Source of the DNA: Eledone cirrhosa
Taxonomy: Eukaryota
Assembly: GCA_964016885.1 (NCBI GenBank)
Contig: OZ024741.1
Location: 226,238,001-226,302,000, forward strand
Direction: 5' to 3'
DNA: 64,000 nucleotides
Shown here: in pieces, positions 1 through 12,580 of the stretch
How positions within the stretch are numbered: the first letter of the stretch is position 1
Layout of the letters: each line of letters starts with the position of its first letter
Notes under the pieces: generated by a model
Databases searched by the model: none
Told to the model about the DNA's origin: nothing
What the model saw: the letters and a program-made list of their open reading frames with translations, nothing else
Position numbers and translations under genes: made by a program

Positions 1-93
1 TTTTTTTGCGTAGGACGTTACAATTAATAAACGATAAGATAAAACATTTTGTAAACATAGACACCATTTATTTTTACATTTAACGAGTTATGC

Positions 94-141
<48 letters not shown>

Positions 142-233
142 CGAAGGAAATGTGGTAAGGAACCAGGTGGACCATAACGCACCAAAGTACTCAATACTTA
201 GGGTAGTAGAGTGGGTAATAGAAACGAGTAGGG

Positions 234-328
234 CCCCGACGGCTGAGCTCAAACCGTTTCGACGGCTAATTCTGAACTAAATGAAAATGTTTATCCTGGT
301 ATATGAATAGCCGAGCTTCTCAGGGGGT
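234..328 (-). ncRNA. Hammerhead ribozyme motif (inverted pLTR copy), C3/A8 mismatch
   Basis: Minus strand: CCCC-CTGAGAA-G..CGGCTATTC...GAATTAGCCGTC-GAAACGG...CCGTC-GGGG. Confidence 0.55.
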
Positions 329-420
329 AATTCCATATATGGTAAAAGTGATTGTCACAAGGATTGGTCAAAAGTTTGTTGTTGAGACACATAATTCTAT
401 CATGGCAATTTGTGAAAGGG

Positions 421-795
421 TACAATCCCAGTAGTACAGACTGGGTCCGTAAACAATTAATCAGCTTCTTCCGCGACTGGGGATTTAAAATAACCCTACA
501 AACGTCCCTGACCCGAGTAAACTTCCTGGACGTTACCCTTGACCTCGATAATGATCTGTACTACCCATACAGGAAACCCAACGACAACCTGCACTACATC
601 CACCACCGGTCAAACCATTCTAGGAACATCACCAATAACCTGGTTAAAAACATCTCCCTCCGCATATCTCGTTTGTCCGCTAATGAGCAGATATTCGAGG
701 AACATGCGCCTTATTACAACCAGGCCCTCAAGCGGAGTGGTGTCCAGCTTCCATTAGCGGAACCAGCAGGCGAAACCGCCGCTCACGCAATGTAA
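421..795 (+). pseudogene. Penelope reverse transcriptase C-terminal/thumb fragment
   Basis: VNFLDVTLDL..YPYRKPNDNLHYIHHRSNH..NLVKNISLRISRLS..YNQALKRSG, typical of Penelope RT; frameshifted relative to the downstream ORF. Confidence 0.88.
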
Positions 796-799
796 CATA

Positions 800-1490
800 G
801 TTCAATCCTCCCCACAACGCCGAGGTGACAACTCCTATCGGGAAAATCATCTTTAGGCTCATTGAAAAACACTTCCCACTACAACACCGCTACCACAACA
901 TAATTAACAAAAATACCACCAAACTCTCCTACAGCACCACACCAAACTTTGCACAAAACATCGTCTCCTCTAACAACAAAAAACTCAACCCCTATGTAAG
1001 AAATAACCTAAATAGCAGTGGAGAGCCGACCAGGAGGTGCAACTGTCCTGGTGGATCCATTTTCCCCCTCGACAACAGATGCAGAGATCGTAATGTGATC
1101 TACCAATGTAACGTGAGGACGGACACCTCCAATAAAGCTTATATAGGATTAACCGCATGTGACTTCAAGACCCGGCTATACCAACAGAGACATACCTTCC
1201 GAAACCCGGCCCGGCGTCACGCCACTACACTTTCGGGCCACATCTGGGACCTCAAGGATAACAATATTACCTATGGTCTCACTTGGAGCTTACTGTCCAG
1301 AGCCAACTCTTACACGGGAGGACGCCGTCCGTGCAATTTATGCTCGGAGGAAACTTTAGAAATGCTGTTTTCGACGGACCAACTCCTAAACAAGAAAGAT
1401 GAACTGGTAACTGCATGCAAACACAGATTGCGTAGGACTTACCTCGCCCTCAAACCCCATAATGACCCGGGGGGGGAGACAAGGCTATAA
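800..1490 (+). pseudogene. Penelope linker + GIY-YIG endonuclease
   Basis: IGKIIFRLIEKHFP..KLSYS, CNC..C, VIYQ..YIGLT..FKTRLYQ, LSGHIWDLK, CNLCSEE, LNKKDELV.C.H. Confidence 0.9.
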
Positions 1491-1867
1491 CACCCTACTT
1501 GTCGACTTTGTAATGGGTAACCCCCGCTTGCAAAGGTAGTCGTAAGATCTTCTTTTATATCTTTTTATCGCTTCCTCTATATTTCCTTCTTCCCTCCATC
1601 CCTCCCTAGTCCTTCCACCCCAGTCCTCTTTCTTTGTCGTCGTCCTTTTCAGTTTCTCGCCCACCCGAGGCAGCCCCTCGGTCCTTTGTAGCCTCAGTAC
1701 CCCCACCCCCTTCCCCTATTCTAGGATAGAATTGGCCGACTCCGCTTGTTATAGCAGATGTGATAGACCCCGGATACTTGCTTTCTTATCCGATGGCTGC
1801 CTTTTTTCCGTGCTTTATACATTTCTTAGTGGTATCTTTGCTTTAATTTCTCGTATATCAGTATTTA

Positions 1868-1899
<32 letters not shown>

Positions 1900-2634
1900 G
1901 TTCTAAAATAATTTTCCGTATCAAATTTTTCATATACTTCGTACGAGCATTTATGTAGTTTGCACTAGAATTTTTGTATCGTAGCGGCACCCTTAGAGAT
2001 AGTATTAGTATTCTTTTTCGGGATTCTGAATTATTATTTCGTATTAGTTTATTTTTTGCACTGGGTGGTTGCTGTCCTTGTGCCTAGGGTAGAAACCATT
2101 ATTTCGTATTAGTCTCGGGATTCTGAATTATTATTTCGTGGTAGTTTCTTTAGTATTTTGGCCCCCCACTTGTTGACCCGTCACCGTAATATATACTCGG
2201 TTGATTACTAATACCTCTTAAAAGGGTCTCATTATAATTCCGTCCCACCTAGTAAACCTTTCTTTAGTCTAGCAGTACCAGTGAGAGACTTGATAGCTGT
2301 CCTTAGGTTATAGTAACCAGAAATTGTTTTTTTTTATATTTAATTGTTTTTTTAACATTCTCGGTATTTTTCTATATATTTACCCCATATTGTTTTATTT
2401 ATTGTTTCGAATTCCTCCCCCTCCCCCTCCCTAGTATACTTCCTTGACCGCCTGCCCTGCTGTACTTGGCACTATCAACGCACGACTGGGTTTCCTCCAC
2501 CCCCTCTCCTTCTTTCTTCTACTGGCAGGTTCAGCTACCCCTTCCTTCCACAAATTGCCATGATAGAATTATGTGTCTCAACAACAAACTTTTGACCAAT
2601 CCTTGTGACAATCACTTTTACCATATATGGAATT

Positions 2635-2730
2635 ACCCCCTGAGAAGCTCGGCCATTCATATACCAGGATAAAAATGTTCATTTAGTTCAGAATTAGCCG
2701 CCGAAACGGCTTGAGCTCAGCCGTCGGGGT
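2635..2730 (+). ncRNA. Type I hammerhead ribozyme motif in Penelope pLTR
   Basis: Stem I ACCCC/GGGGT, core CTGAGAA..GAAA, stem III ACGGC/GCCGT around palindromic TGAGCTCA, GUC cleavage triplet. Confidence 0.65.
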
Positions 2731-2843
2731 CCTACTCGTTCCTATATATATATAAAAGGGTATGGATATTCCAACAGGTACTAGGTACCTATAGAAATAT
2801 GCATGGTGTTTAAAAGATTGTTTAATAATTGCTTGCGCAGCTC

Positions 2844-2891
<48 letters not shown>

Positions 2892-2947
2892 GAGATAACA
2901 AATTATTGTTATAGGTAGTCCACTTACCGTGTCACTCTTCTTTCTTG

Positions 2948-2984
<37 letters not shown>

Positions 2985-3204
2985 TTAGTTAAGCAAAGAC
3001 AAGACCACAAATTTCACAAGGAAGACGCAATTTAAAGAAAGTCAACATAGTTTCGGTATATGTGAGGAATAAGTAGTGTAATTATAATTTAATGCAAGGA
3101 TTAATAATAATAATAATAATAATGAGTGTGATTATTATTATTATCAATATTAACATTCCTTACATTAAACTATAATTACAATAATTATATATACATACAT
3201 ATAC

Positions 3205-3259
<55 letters not shown>

Positions 3260-3266
3260 TATGTAA

Positions 3267-3309
<43 letters not shown>

Positions 3310-3421
3310 GATATATAGATATAGATATATAGATATAATTGAGCAAATAAATCAAAACCAACACAGGGATGCAAAAATAGGAAGTCTTATTAGGTTCCCG
3401 TTTTGAGGGAGTGGAGAAGGG

Positions 3422-3454
3422 TTCTACGTTTCGGATGATGTCCTTGATCAGGAA
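3422..3454 (-). ncRNA. Degenerate minimal hammerhead motif (G8C)
   Basis: Minus: TTC-CTGATCA-AGGA catca TCC-GAAACGTA-GAA; flanks resemble those of the 34258 copy. Confidence 0.5.
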
Positions 3455-3540
3455 ATGGAGAGTTCGGATAGGGAGAGAACAGGTAGGTATATAAAAGTTT
3501 GGAAATATATTTTCATTTTATTAAGGCTAAATAGTGAGTC

Positions 3541-3586
3541 TTGTTATTCTGGAGTTTCTCCTGATTCTCACAGGGTCATCAGACAA
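3541..3586 (-). ncRNA. Hammerhead motif, left member of an inverted pair
   Basis: Minus: TTGT-CTGATGA-CCCTG tgagaat CAGGA-GAAACTCCAGAATA-ACAA; decayed sense copy at about 3597-3636. Confidence 0.6.
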
Positions 3587-4704
3587 CAACTCTTCCCCGA
3601 TAACCCAGTGAGGAACAGGCGAATCTCCAGAGTAGCGAGTCGTCAACTACACACGGATATATATAATATATGTAAGTATGTATACATATATATATATATG
3701 TGGGGGGGGGGTGATTGTGGGTGTGTGTGTGTGTGTGTATATGTGTGTGTGTCTCTGTGTGTGTATGTGTATGTGTACAGGGGCCTGCAAATGTAGGTAT
3801 ATTGGAAAACAAAACGTGCGCACGAATCAAATGTTATTGATAACACCGTATACCTACTTTTCCACACTCCCTCCTGTATATATATGTATATATACATATA
3901 TATATTACATGAGTCCCAGGTTCAATCGGGGGTAATCAAAGTAAGTAAGGTACCCAATACATAGTAGAGTATATATAAGATTTAATATAGAAATAGCTTC
4001 TACAGTACTAGAACTTTTTCATTTGAATATGTGTGTGCACGTGTGTCTGTTATTAAGTAATTTGATGAATGATTACATAAGATAGAGTGAATGAATGAGC
4101 GATAGGTAGAAATAGTGGTTTGAAAAGTGAGACGATGATTAATATATTACAATGAACATAAATACAAAATGCTTGTGCCAACTTTGTGAATGAAAGAGCG
4201 TAATAATGAGAGAAGTGTTGCCAAATTAACAGTAGGAGTCTAATGGTAGCAAACACATAACTAAAATCTTTTGAAATGATTTGAATTATAAATTGATTGC
4301 CTGACAAATCAATCAATTGAACTCTGGGAAAAATTTCTGTCTAGACAAAATAAACATTGTGTGATTTCAAGACAAACAAACGTTTATCTAACTGTTTCTT
4401 TTTCTTTTTTAGAGAGGCAACGGCATTTTCTCCTTTTTTCTTTCTCTATTTACTTTGCTCCCTCTTCCCCTCTCACTTTTACTCACACTTATTATTTTTC
4501 TTTGTCTCTCCCTTTCGCTCACGCTCGTTTTCTTTCTTTCTCTCTCGTTCTTTCTCGCCGTATTCGAATTTGTGGTATCTTTCTGGACTTCCCTCAATTT
4601 AAAGTTTACATGTTCGATGGATCTGCTAAAACTAGTAGGTTCTTTTAGGTCTAATTGTTATCTATCTGTTTATCATCATGATTGTCCTTCATCCGATGAC
4701 CTTG

Positions 4705-4782
<78 letters not shown>

Positions 4783-4785
<3 letters not shown>

Positions 4786-4946
4786 AGAATCAGAACCCCG
4801 ACAGCTAGATCGGATCTAGCTGTCGAAATGGCCAGTGCTTAGCCCTCGGGGTCCTGATTCTCTTCATGTTACCCAATCTACTACCCCAAGTATCGAGTAC
4901 TCTGGTGGGTTATTGTCCACCTGGTATTTTACCACACCGTATCTGA
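4783..4946 (-). mobile_element. Short (TA)-flanked Penelope pLTR derivative with fold-back
   Basis: Reverse complement of the gtggtaa..gagtactc..cttggggtagtaga motif; hairpins AAGAGAATCAG/CTGATTCTCTT and CAGCTAGATC/GATCTAGCTG. Confidence 0.7.
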
Positions 4947-5270
4947 TATATATGACCAATAATACGTGTAGCACTGTCTCTCTGCTTAACCTAACTCTTT
5001 CTATACATTTTTGTGTTGACTATATTTTAATAGCTGCTATAAATATTCAGTTGTTTATTGTATATCTGAATATTTCTGAGATTTGCGAATATTTCGACAA
5101 TCCGATGTTTCCTCAGGCATACTATTTGTTGCGTGAATATTATATATTCGTATGTATACGTCTATATCCTGGATAGTTTTAGATATAGCACTGCACATTC
5201 CCTTACGATGAAACACAATCCTCTCCAGAATTAAGCGAAATGGTTCTTTATTGTCCCTTTTGTGTGTCTC

Positions 5271-5311
<41 letters not shown>

Positions 5312-5334
5312 ACACTTACATATATATATATTTC

Positions 5335-6268
5335 TTTTTACCCCCTCTGCCAGTCACTCTCTCTGTTAGCCTCTTTCTCACACTTTCACTCACTCACTCT
5401 CTGCTACTCCCTCTCCATCACTTCCTCCCGTTTGACCTGTGCGAAATCCTTTCCTTACTCACATTTCAACCAGGTTGGATGGACTTTATTCTCTCGTCTA
5501 CGATTTCACAGAACTTATGTTCATCGATTTCAGGGACTTGACTCCTTCTTCCTCACTTTTCGTTGCATTACCATCTTTGTTTGTTTACTGTCTCGCTCGT
5601 TCCTCCTATTTACGTGTCCCAACGACTTTCTTTAGCCGTTGCTCGCACCAACCAGAAGTATATGGTCTTTAAAGCGATGAAATACCAATGAAGGCTGGAA
5701 GATCACCGATGAAGGACTAATTTTATTCATACGTAACACATTTGCAACCATGCGGCACGCCATTTTTTCATATATTTATATATTTTCCTCCGCTGTGACC
5801 CGTCTGTTTCTTTCTTACCGCTTCCCCTTTCTCTGTATCTCTCACTTTCTTTTTACCCACTCTGCCAGTCACTCTCTCTGTTAGCCTCTTCCTCACACTT
5901 TCACTCACTCACTCTCTGCTACTCCCTCTCCATCACTTCCTCCCGTTTGACCTGTGCGAAATCCTTTCCTCGCTCAGATTTCAACCAGGTTGGATGGTCT
6001 TTATTCTCTCGTCCACGATTTCACAGAACATATGTTCATCGATTTCAGGGACTTGACTCCTTCTTCCTCACTTTTCGTTGCATTACCATCTTTGTTTGTT
6101 TACTGTCTCGCTCGTTCACCCTATTTACGTGTCTTTAAAGACCATATATCAGAGCTATATAGTCTTTAAAGCGATGAAATACCAATGAAGGCTGGAAGAT
6201 CACTGATGAAGGATTAATTTTATTCATATGTAACCCATTTGCAACCACGCAGCACGCCATTTTTTCAT
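5335..6268. repeat. Tandem duplication of about 430 bp (5335-5772 and 5851-6268)
   Basis: Near-identical sequence; duplicated ORF-track peptides TCAKSFP.S.FNQVGW. Confidence 0.9.
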
Positions 6269-6544
6269 ATATATATATATATATTCAAAATAGGGACCAC
6301 ACAGTACAAAGACAATGGAAAAAAAACACAACGGAAAGACATCTCCTCAGTCAACCTCTGGAAATCACTACGGTTTCGCTGTATTAAGGTCAATACCATT
6401 TCTTCTAGTGCGCAAGGGCTTAGCCAATTGAGAATAATATAAAAAGGAGAGAAATAATAGAACAGAAGACAGTAAGGACGAGCAGACAACCAAGGTCACT
6501 GAGGCGTAGAAAACGTACGAAGAGAGAAAAGAGGAAAACAGGCC

Positions 6545-7222
6545 GGGTGGTGTGATGACTAATAAGCGGGAAATTGGAAAAATATGTTTGACCATTGTTC
6601 AGATGATTAGCAGTATTTGTTCGGATTCCTTACGTGTTGAATTCAATTCCCACCGGGGTCAACTTTACTTTCCATCCTTCGAGAGTCGCTAAATTAAAGT
6701 ACCAATAATATACTGGGGCCGATGTAATCGACTTCCCCCTCCCTCCAAAATTTCAGGCCTTTGCCCATGTTAGAAACTATTATTAATGTCATTATTTCGA
6801 CTGAATCAAACAATAGCTATACACTTCAATACAGCTTTATGGATTGGTGAGTAAAGCAAGCTTTTAAAAGTTGTCTATTGATTTTCTGTGTTGCTTCTGT
6901 GGACAGTAATGCAGTGATTGAAACACAAGTATATTTCTTACCGATCTCTCTGACATTTTTCTACCTCTCTCTCTCTCCGTCACATTTTTCTTTTATTTTC
7001 TTTCCCTAGAGGGTGGATTGGCAGAGATTTTTGAGCGTCGTAAAAATGCACTGCAGCATCCGTTCCAGAACTTTATATTTTGAGTTCAAAACACACCGAA
7101 GTAAACTTTGCCGTTCACCCTTCCATGTTCGATAAAATAAAGAACTAGTCAATAACTGGAATCGAAATAATCTACTTTTCCCTCCCTCAATTTACTGACA
7201 TTCTTTAAAATTTGAACCTATT
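6545..7222 (+). mobile_element. Two older tRNA-headed MetaSINE-type copies (about 6545-6785, 7010-7222)
   Basis: B box G(A)GTTCAA, core aactttgcc.ttcatcctt..gtcgataaaataaag.ac. Confidence 0.75.
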
Positions 7223-7534
7223 CTCTCTTTCCCTAGCTATATGTCACCCCACTTTACTCTATCTTTCTAACATGCCTATGTATGGGTCTCTATTATATGT
7301 GTATTTGCAAGTCTGTCGTTTCTGACCATATCTGTATTTTTCTCTTAGGCATATATGTGTATAAGACATTTTAGAAACAAACAGCACCTAAGTACGTCAT
7401 TATATGCATGTCCTTGTAAGTGTGTATGTCTTTGTATGTTTGAGTGTGTGTTTGTTGCCCGCGTGTGTCGCTATATAGAAAAAGACTTCCGTTGCTAGAC
7501 ACGAGCATTATCTATTATTTTGTATTATTTTGCG

Positions 7535-7619
<85 letters not shown>

Positions 7620-7650
7620 CTATATACTTATATATATATATATATATATA

Positions 7651-8857
7651 CTAGCATCAGTACCCAGCGTTGCCTGGGTAGGTAAAATAATATCTGCTTT
7701 GATGAAAAGGTGTTGATCTTAGCGACTGCTTCGCGATGACTCATCTATGGCCACACACAGTTGCCCCTGAACTTTAAATGTAGGCATGAAACCGTCTTTC
7801 TTAACAATGTTTGCTCCAAACGATGTCATCTGAAAGGCGCAGTTGTATTTCCGGATATTTTCAAGGAAGTGCTTAGACTCCGCTGTTTCACCTGCCAGAT
7901 ACGTCTTCAATGGCTCAGGTGGATCAAGGAGGAAAGGTAAGCTGACCTTTCCATTCGCGCAGCACATCCCAGATGGTTCACCTGGCCTCGTCATGGCATT
8001 GCAGTAGGTGCAAATGGTGGACATATCGCCAATGATCACATCACCATGGGTGGCATTATTGAAGGTAAGGCTATATTCAAACGCCTAAGTAGCCATCGCG
8101 AACTGGAAGGCCTTGAAAGACCATTTCTGGAAAGGCTTCTTTGAAGATTACTCTGCAACCGATCACGCCTTTCGGATGATGTCTCCGTAGCCCGTGCAGT
8201 GGCCGTCGACATTGCGTTTCTTCTTTGTCTGCGAACGCGCTGACCCTCATTTTTAGAAGCTCGTGCACTGGCCTTCGACACAGCGTATCTTCTCTGTCTG
8301 CGGACGCGCCGATCCTCCTCCGTTTCACCAGCGCGTGCAGCGGCCGTGGACATTGCGTTTCTAGTTCGTCTTATTTCGGCATTTTGTAGAGGCTCACTTG
8401 CTCGTCTATTTGTCATACTTCTGCCTCGCACCGTTTTCCGACCAATTTTGTTACTCTTGTTCGGAGTCATTATCTAAAGAGTAGTTTAAGCACATCTGGA
8501 ATAGCAGCCATGAAAGAGATTAATACAGAGAACAGTATAGCCGGATTGTATAAAGTAACTATTTATCACAGACTTAAAAAGTTAAAGAATTATAGTTGAC
8601 ACTCGGTTGTAGTAGAGGTCAATAGTGTGAACTGAGATGAACGGAGTCCAAGTAGGAATAAAACCTGGTTGGAAATTCATGAGGTGGCGAGTTTCTTGAA
8701 AATCAGTCGTAAGGTGTAGCAAATGGCGAAATGTTGAGTGAGATCGTATATAATTTTATATATATACAGATATATATAAAATAGAGAGAAATATTATATA
8801 TATATAATAGAGAGAGAGAGAGGGAGAGAGAGAGAGAGAGATAGAGAGAGAGAGAGG

Positions 8858-8942
<85 letters not shown>

Positions 8943-9466
8943 AACATACAGATCGATGTAGGAGTGTAGATATTGAGTGATGTCGTCTGCTGAGTTAACG
9001 GTGAAAGTTTATATGGATTGACGATTTCTCCTACATTCGTTCTTTTTCATTAGTAGCGTCTCATGATAGAATGGTGTTGATGTTTCTTAAGTTGATTTTA
9101 CTTAAATATTTTATTCAATGTATTTTTAGCTGGTAGAGCGACCAAGATGTCATTTGTCATTGTGTGGCAATTGTTTTAACCGATTAGAGTAACTATCAAA
9201 TGGAAATAATTCATTTTGTCCTGCTTCTTAGGTATCAAGATTTACTTCCCTTTAATTTGTTTTAACTAAGATTTTGTGTATTTGGTTGACTTATGTTCTT
9301 ATATTTAATGATCCCGGAATAAAAAAAACGATACGCTGATATATAGAAAACACTCCCCGATGACTAATCTATGAGCCTGTAAAGTTTCATGAAAATCGGT
9401 CGTAAGATGTAGACCCCTATAGGTAATACTCACACACACACATACTTAATTTTATATATATACAGA
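7651..9466 (-). mobile_element. Internally deleted Helitron with two stacked 5' termini (8770 and 9466)
   Basis: Minus-strand 3' end: hairpin TACCCAG-gcaacg-CTGGGTA, then CTAG|T; 5' A|TCTGTATATATATAAAA at 8770 and 9466; RepHel N-terminal coding remnant. Confidence 0.88.
7719..8470 (-). pseudogene. Helitron RepHel N-terminal region (Arg-rich repeats + zinc-binding/Helitron helicase-like N domain)
   Basis: C.YCNA..PGEP.GMCCANGKV.LP...PPEPL..FLENIRKYNCAFQMTSFGA..FKVQGQ. Confidence 0.88.
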
Positions 9467-9699
9467 TATATATTGGGAACTATTTAAATCAATACATGTT
9501 ATGCAAAATTTATTATATCGTTAATTAGCAAGCAAATTTGCAGCTGAGCTGCAAATATTTAATCACGATCATCAACATCATGACCATCGTCATCACCAAC
9601 ACCACCACCAGCACAACTACTACTATCATAATCATCGTCATCATCATCACCATCATCATACATCCGATCCTCCATGTTTGCATGAAATGGATGTAAAAG

Positions 9700-9940
9700 T
9701 GCGTTCCAGTTATGTAATCAACAGAACTGCCAGCTCATGAAATAATTCGGCATGTGTATATCATGCATTTCTAAGGGATATTCAGCGTGACACAGTATGT
9801 TGCAAGGCTGGTTCTCTGAATTAGAGGTACAACTCATTTTTTTCCAGCTGAGTCAAATGTAGTAACATGAAAATAAAGTGCCGGGAATCGAAATCGTGGC
9901 CTTTTGATCGGAAAACTAAACATTAAGCCACACGCCTATA
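9700..9940 (-). mobile_element. tRNA-headed SINE (second family)
   Basis: Minus: aggcgtgtggcttaatg..ttcgattccc..gcactttatttt..ctcagctgg..tgtcacgctgaat; related to 34455, 40850 and 12250 pieces. Confidence 0.6.
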
Positions 9941-10146
9941 CTTCAATCGCCATTACAATCATTTTAACCTTTTGCAATAATACAGGTCTATTATAATCTG
10001 TCAGTGTCGCGTGATTTGACGTGAGTGACGCGAACTGTGATAGTAGAGAATGCATGTTTAAAAATGTTCTTACTTTTTTCTGAGCAAGAGGTGTCAAAAT
10101 CTAGGTTCGTCAGCTTGCCAGTATGTAAGTTGACATTATTTCATAA

Positions 10147-10340
10147 TGGCGGTGGATTGGCAGTATCAGTAGAGGGTCGGACGCCATGCTTTCCAGCAAA
10201 GAGTTACGTCCCTTTACGGTCTGATTTCAAATCCCGTCGAGGTTCACTTTGCTTTTCTTCTTTACGGGGTCGATAAAATAAAGTACCAGTAATGCACTGG
10301 GATAATTGCTGGCCTTGTGCCAGAAGTAGAAACAATTATT
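10147..10340 (+). mobile_element. MetaSINE-type SINE
   Basis: ggcggtggattggcagtatc.gtagagggtcggacgccatgc head; ggggtcgataaaataaagtaccag core; agaaacaattatt tail. Confidence 0.9.
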
Positions 10341-10419
10341 TCATTTGAGAGAATGAGATCCATAAATAGGACTCATATTAGAGTTCGATCCCAGGGCCCT
10401 AAATACCCAGCTACCGCAT

Positions 10420-10628
10420 ATGACTATGCAGTTGCTTGAGATGCTAGAAATAGCAGCCAAATTTCTCTGATATTATACATAACCTACTGTATTGAAAGGT
10501 AAAAATACACGCTGGATATTGTAGTCATAGATACACTATATTTGAAAATACCATGAAATTCTCCCAGCTGGAAGCCTCCGATCATAGGTTAGTTCATTTA
10601 AAGGTCACCTGGGGCTAAACAGCATCAA
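10420..10628 (+). repeat. Dispersed repeat, ctagaaatagcagccaaat family (also about 29270-29340 minus, 30175-30385 minus, 58480-58632)
   Basis: Recurring motif gctagaaatagcagccaaat..accctactgt..ttaaa..tggata..gtagtc.tagat; (aac) tail. Confidence 0.6.
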
Positions 10629-11014
10629 TAGATTCAAATATTTCCTAATGTAAATAATATATTCTAATATTAACAAGACAAATCAAACTAGCCAAGTTGC
10701 AAAGAGACATTTAGCCGATTGAATACATAAGCTTATACATTTACATAAACGCATCTACATACAAGCATAGTTAATTACGTGGATACAGACACATTATACA
10801 CAAACGCCTACCCAAATACAGACAACATACTCTCTCTTTTACACATACAGACACAAACGCACAGATAAAAATATGCATAAACATGTAAATATATAGATAT
10901 ATATATATATTTACATATACGCACCGCTAATCACGTATTGATAATGGTTTTAAAGTAAAGACTTTTAAATATTGTCTCCTTGGGCGATGTGTTTCACAAG
11001 AGCTATTGGTATAA

Positions 11015-11815
11015 TTGTGGTGGTGGTGCTGATGATGGTGGGGATGATAGTAGTGGTGGTGGTAGTGGTGCTGCTGCTGATGATGATGTGGTTGCGCAGG
11101 TAGTGATGCTGGTGGGGGTAGTTGTGGCGGTGGGGTGGTAGTGGTGTTGGTGCTGCTGATGATCGTGGGGGGGGGGGGGGGGTTGTGGCGCAGGTGGGGA
11201 TGATGGTGGTGGTTATTGTGGTGGAGCAGGTGGGGATGATGGTGGGGTGATTGTGGTGGAGTAGGTAGTGATGATTGTTGTGGTGCAGGTGATGATGATG
11301 GGGGTTATGCTGATGATGGTGGTGGTAGTTGTGGTGGAGGAGGTGGTAGTGGTGGTAGTAGCTTTGGCGGTGGGGATGATAGTGGTGATTGTAGTGGCAC
11401 AGGTGGCAATGGTGGTTGTGGTAGTTGTGGTGGTGGTAGTGGTGGTGGTAGCGGTGGTGGTAGTGGTGGTGATGATGGTGGGGGTGATTATGGTGGCGCA
11501 GGTAATGATGATGCTGGTGGTAGTTGTGGCGGCGGCGGCGGCGGCGGCGGTGGTGGTGTTGATATGGTTGTGAATTAATGATGGTGGTGGAGGCGTGGTG
11601 TTGTGCTCTTGTTGCTAATGTTGATGGTTGTGTGATGATGACGTGATGACAGGAGTTTAGTGATAGTTGTGGTATTTTAAAGCAGCGTGATAGTCGTGGG
11701 GTGGAGTTGGGATTGTAGTAACAAGGATGGTAATGATGATGATAATTAGAAGTGGTGGTGGGGTTGGTGTTGATGGTCGTAGTAATGGCAGTGGTGGTGA
11801 CAGTGTCGGTGACTA
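11015..11815. repeat. Degenerate (GGT/GAT)n trinucleotide low-complexity tract
   Basis: Direct inspection. Confidence 0.9.
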
Positions 11816-12399
11816 AACTGTGATTTTTGGTTGCATTCCATCAGTTTTTTTTACGATGATTGTTGCAGGGGATCAAACAACTGGACTGTCTACTGAATAA
11901 ATGGATAAAGGATGACTGGATGGATGGATGGACGGATGGATAGCTGTAGCGATGCCTTGGATGGATAAAAAAGTGCTCAGTCATGTTGTTTATAGCAAAT
12001 CCTGTATTATAAAAGAAAAGAGAATAACAAAAAAAGGAGGAAGCAAAGACGAAAACGACCATCAATTCCCCACCAAGTTGTGACCCTCGTTCTCTCTTCC
12101 TCTGCCATTATCTCAGTCATCACCCCCATCTCTATCATCCTTCCCATCTTATTGTGTAGTGAGCAAATGGGGTCCACGTGCTGGCTGCCCCACAGCCCCG
12201 GCGAACAGAATGGAGAAGGCGTTTCCCCGGAGGATGGTAAGAGAGATGCGCTGGAAGAGCCATTCCATCTACTTATGAAATCAATGTACAAGTGGCTGAG
12301 CATTCTGTAGAATGTAATTCTCAAAGCGATTTAGTCCCTCCAGTGGTCTTCCATACGGTTTCTGTCCACTCAATTTCACTCACTCGGGTCAACTAAAAC

Positions 12400-12580
12400 T
12401 GTTTCTACTTTTGGCACAAGACCAGCAATTATCCCAGTCTATTTACAGCTGCTTTCTTTTATCGACTCCGTAAGGATGAAAGGCAAAGTTAACATCGGCG
12501 GGATTCGAACTCAGAACGTAAAGGGCCATAACTATTTGCTGCAAGGCATGGTGTCTGACGCTCTACCGATACTGCCAATC
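12400..12580 (-). mobile_element. MetaSINE-type SINE nested in an older tRNA-SINE (about 12250-12660)
   Basis: Reverse complement of the consensus; flanks carry the head (ttgcccaag..) and tail (cttccatacggtttctgtc) of the second SINE family. Confidence 0.8.

Larger units (their letters stand above)
141..2742 (+). mobile_element. 5'-truncated Penelope-like retroelement with inverted pseudo-LTR copy at its left end
   Basis: RT C-terminus and GIY-YIG ORFs; long pyrimidine-rich 3' region; 221-418 is the reverse complement of 2545-2742; (TA)n on both flanks. Confidence 0.9.

Noticed and set aside
6195-6245. Hammerhead at CTGATGAAGGA
   Set aside because: GAAA is replaced by GTAA and stems I and III cannot be paired
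11015-11815. Possible Gly-rich or Val-rich structural protein
   Set aside because: Trinucleotide low complexity with frequent frame breaks; no start, splice or domain support
12007-12324. GC-richer ORFs on both strands
   Set aside because: No recognisable protein; part matches a SINE tail motif (gctcagccacttg.ac.tt.atttca)
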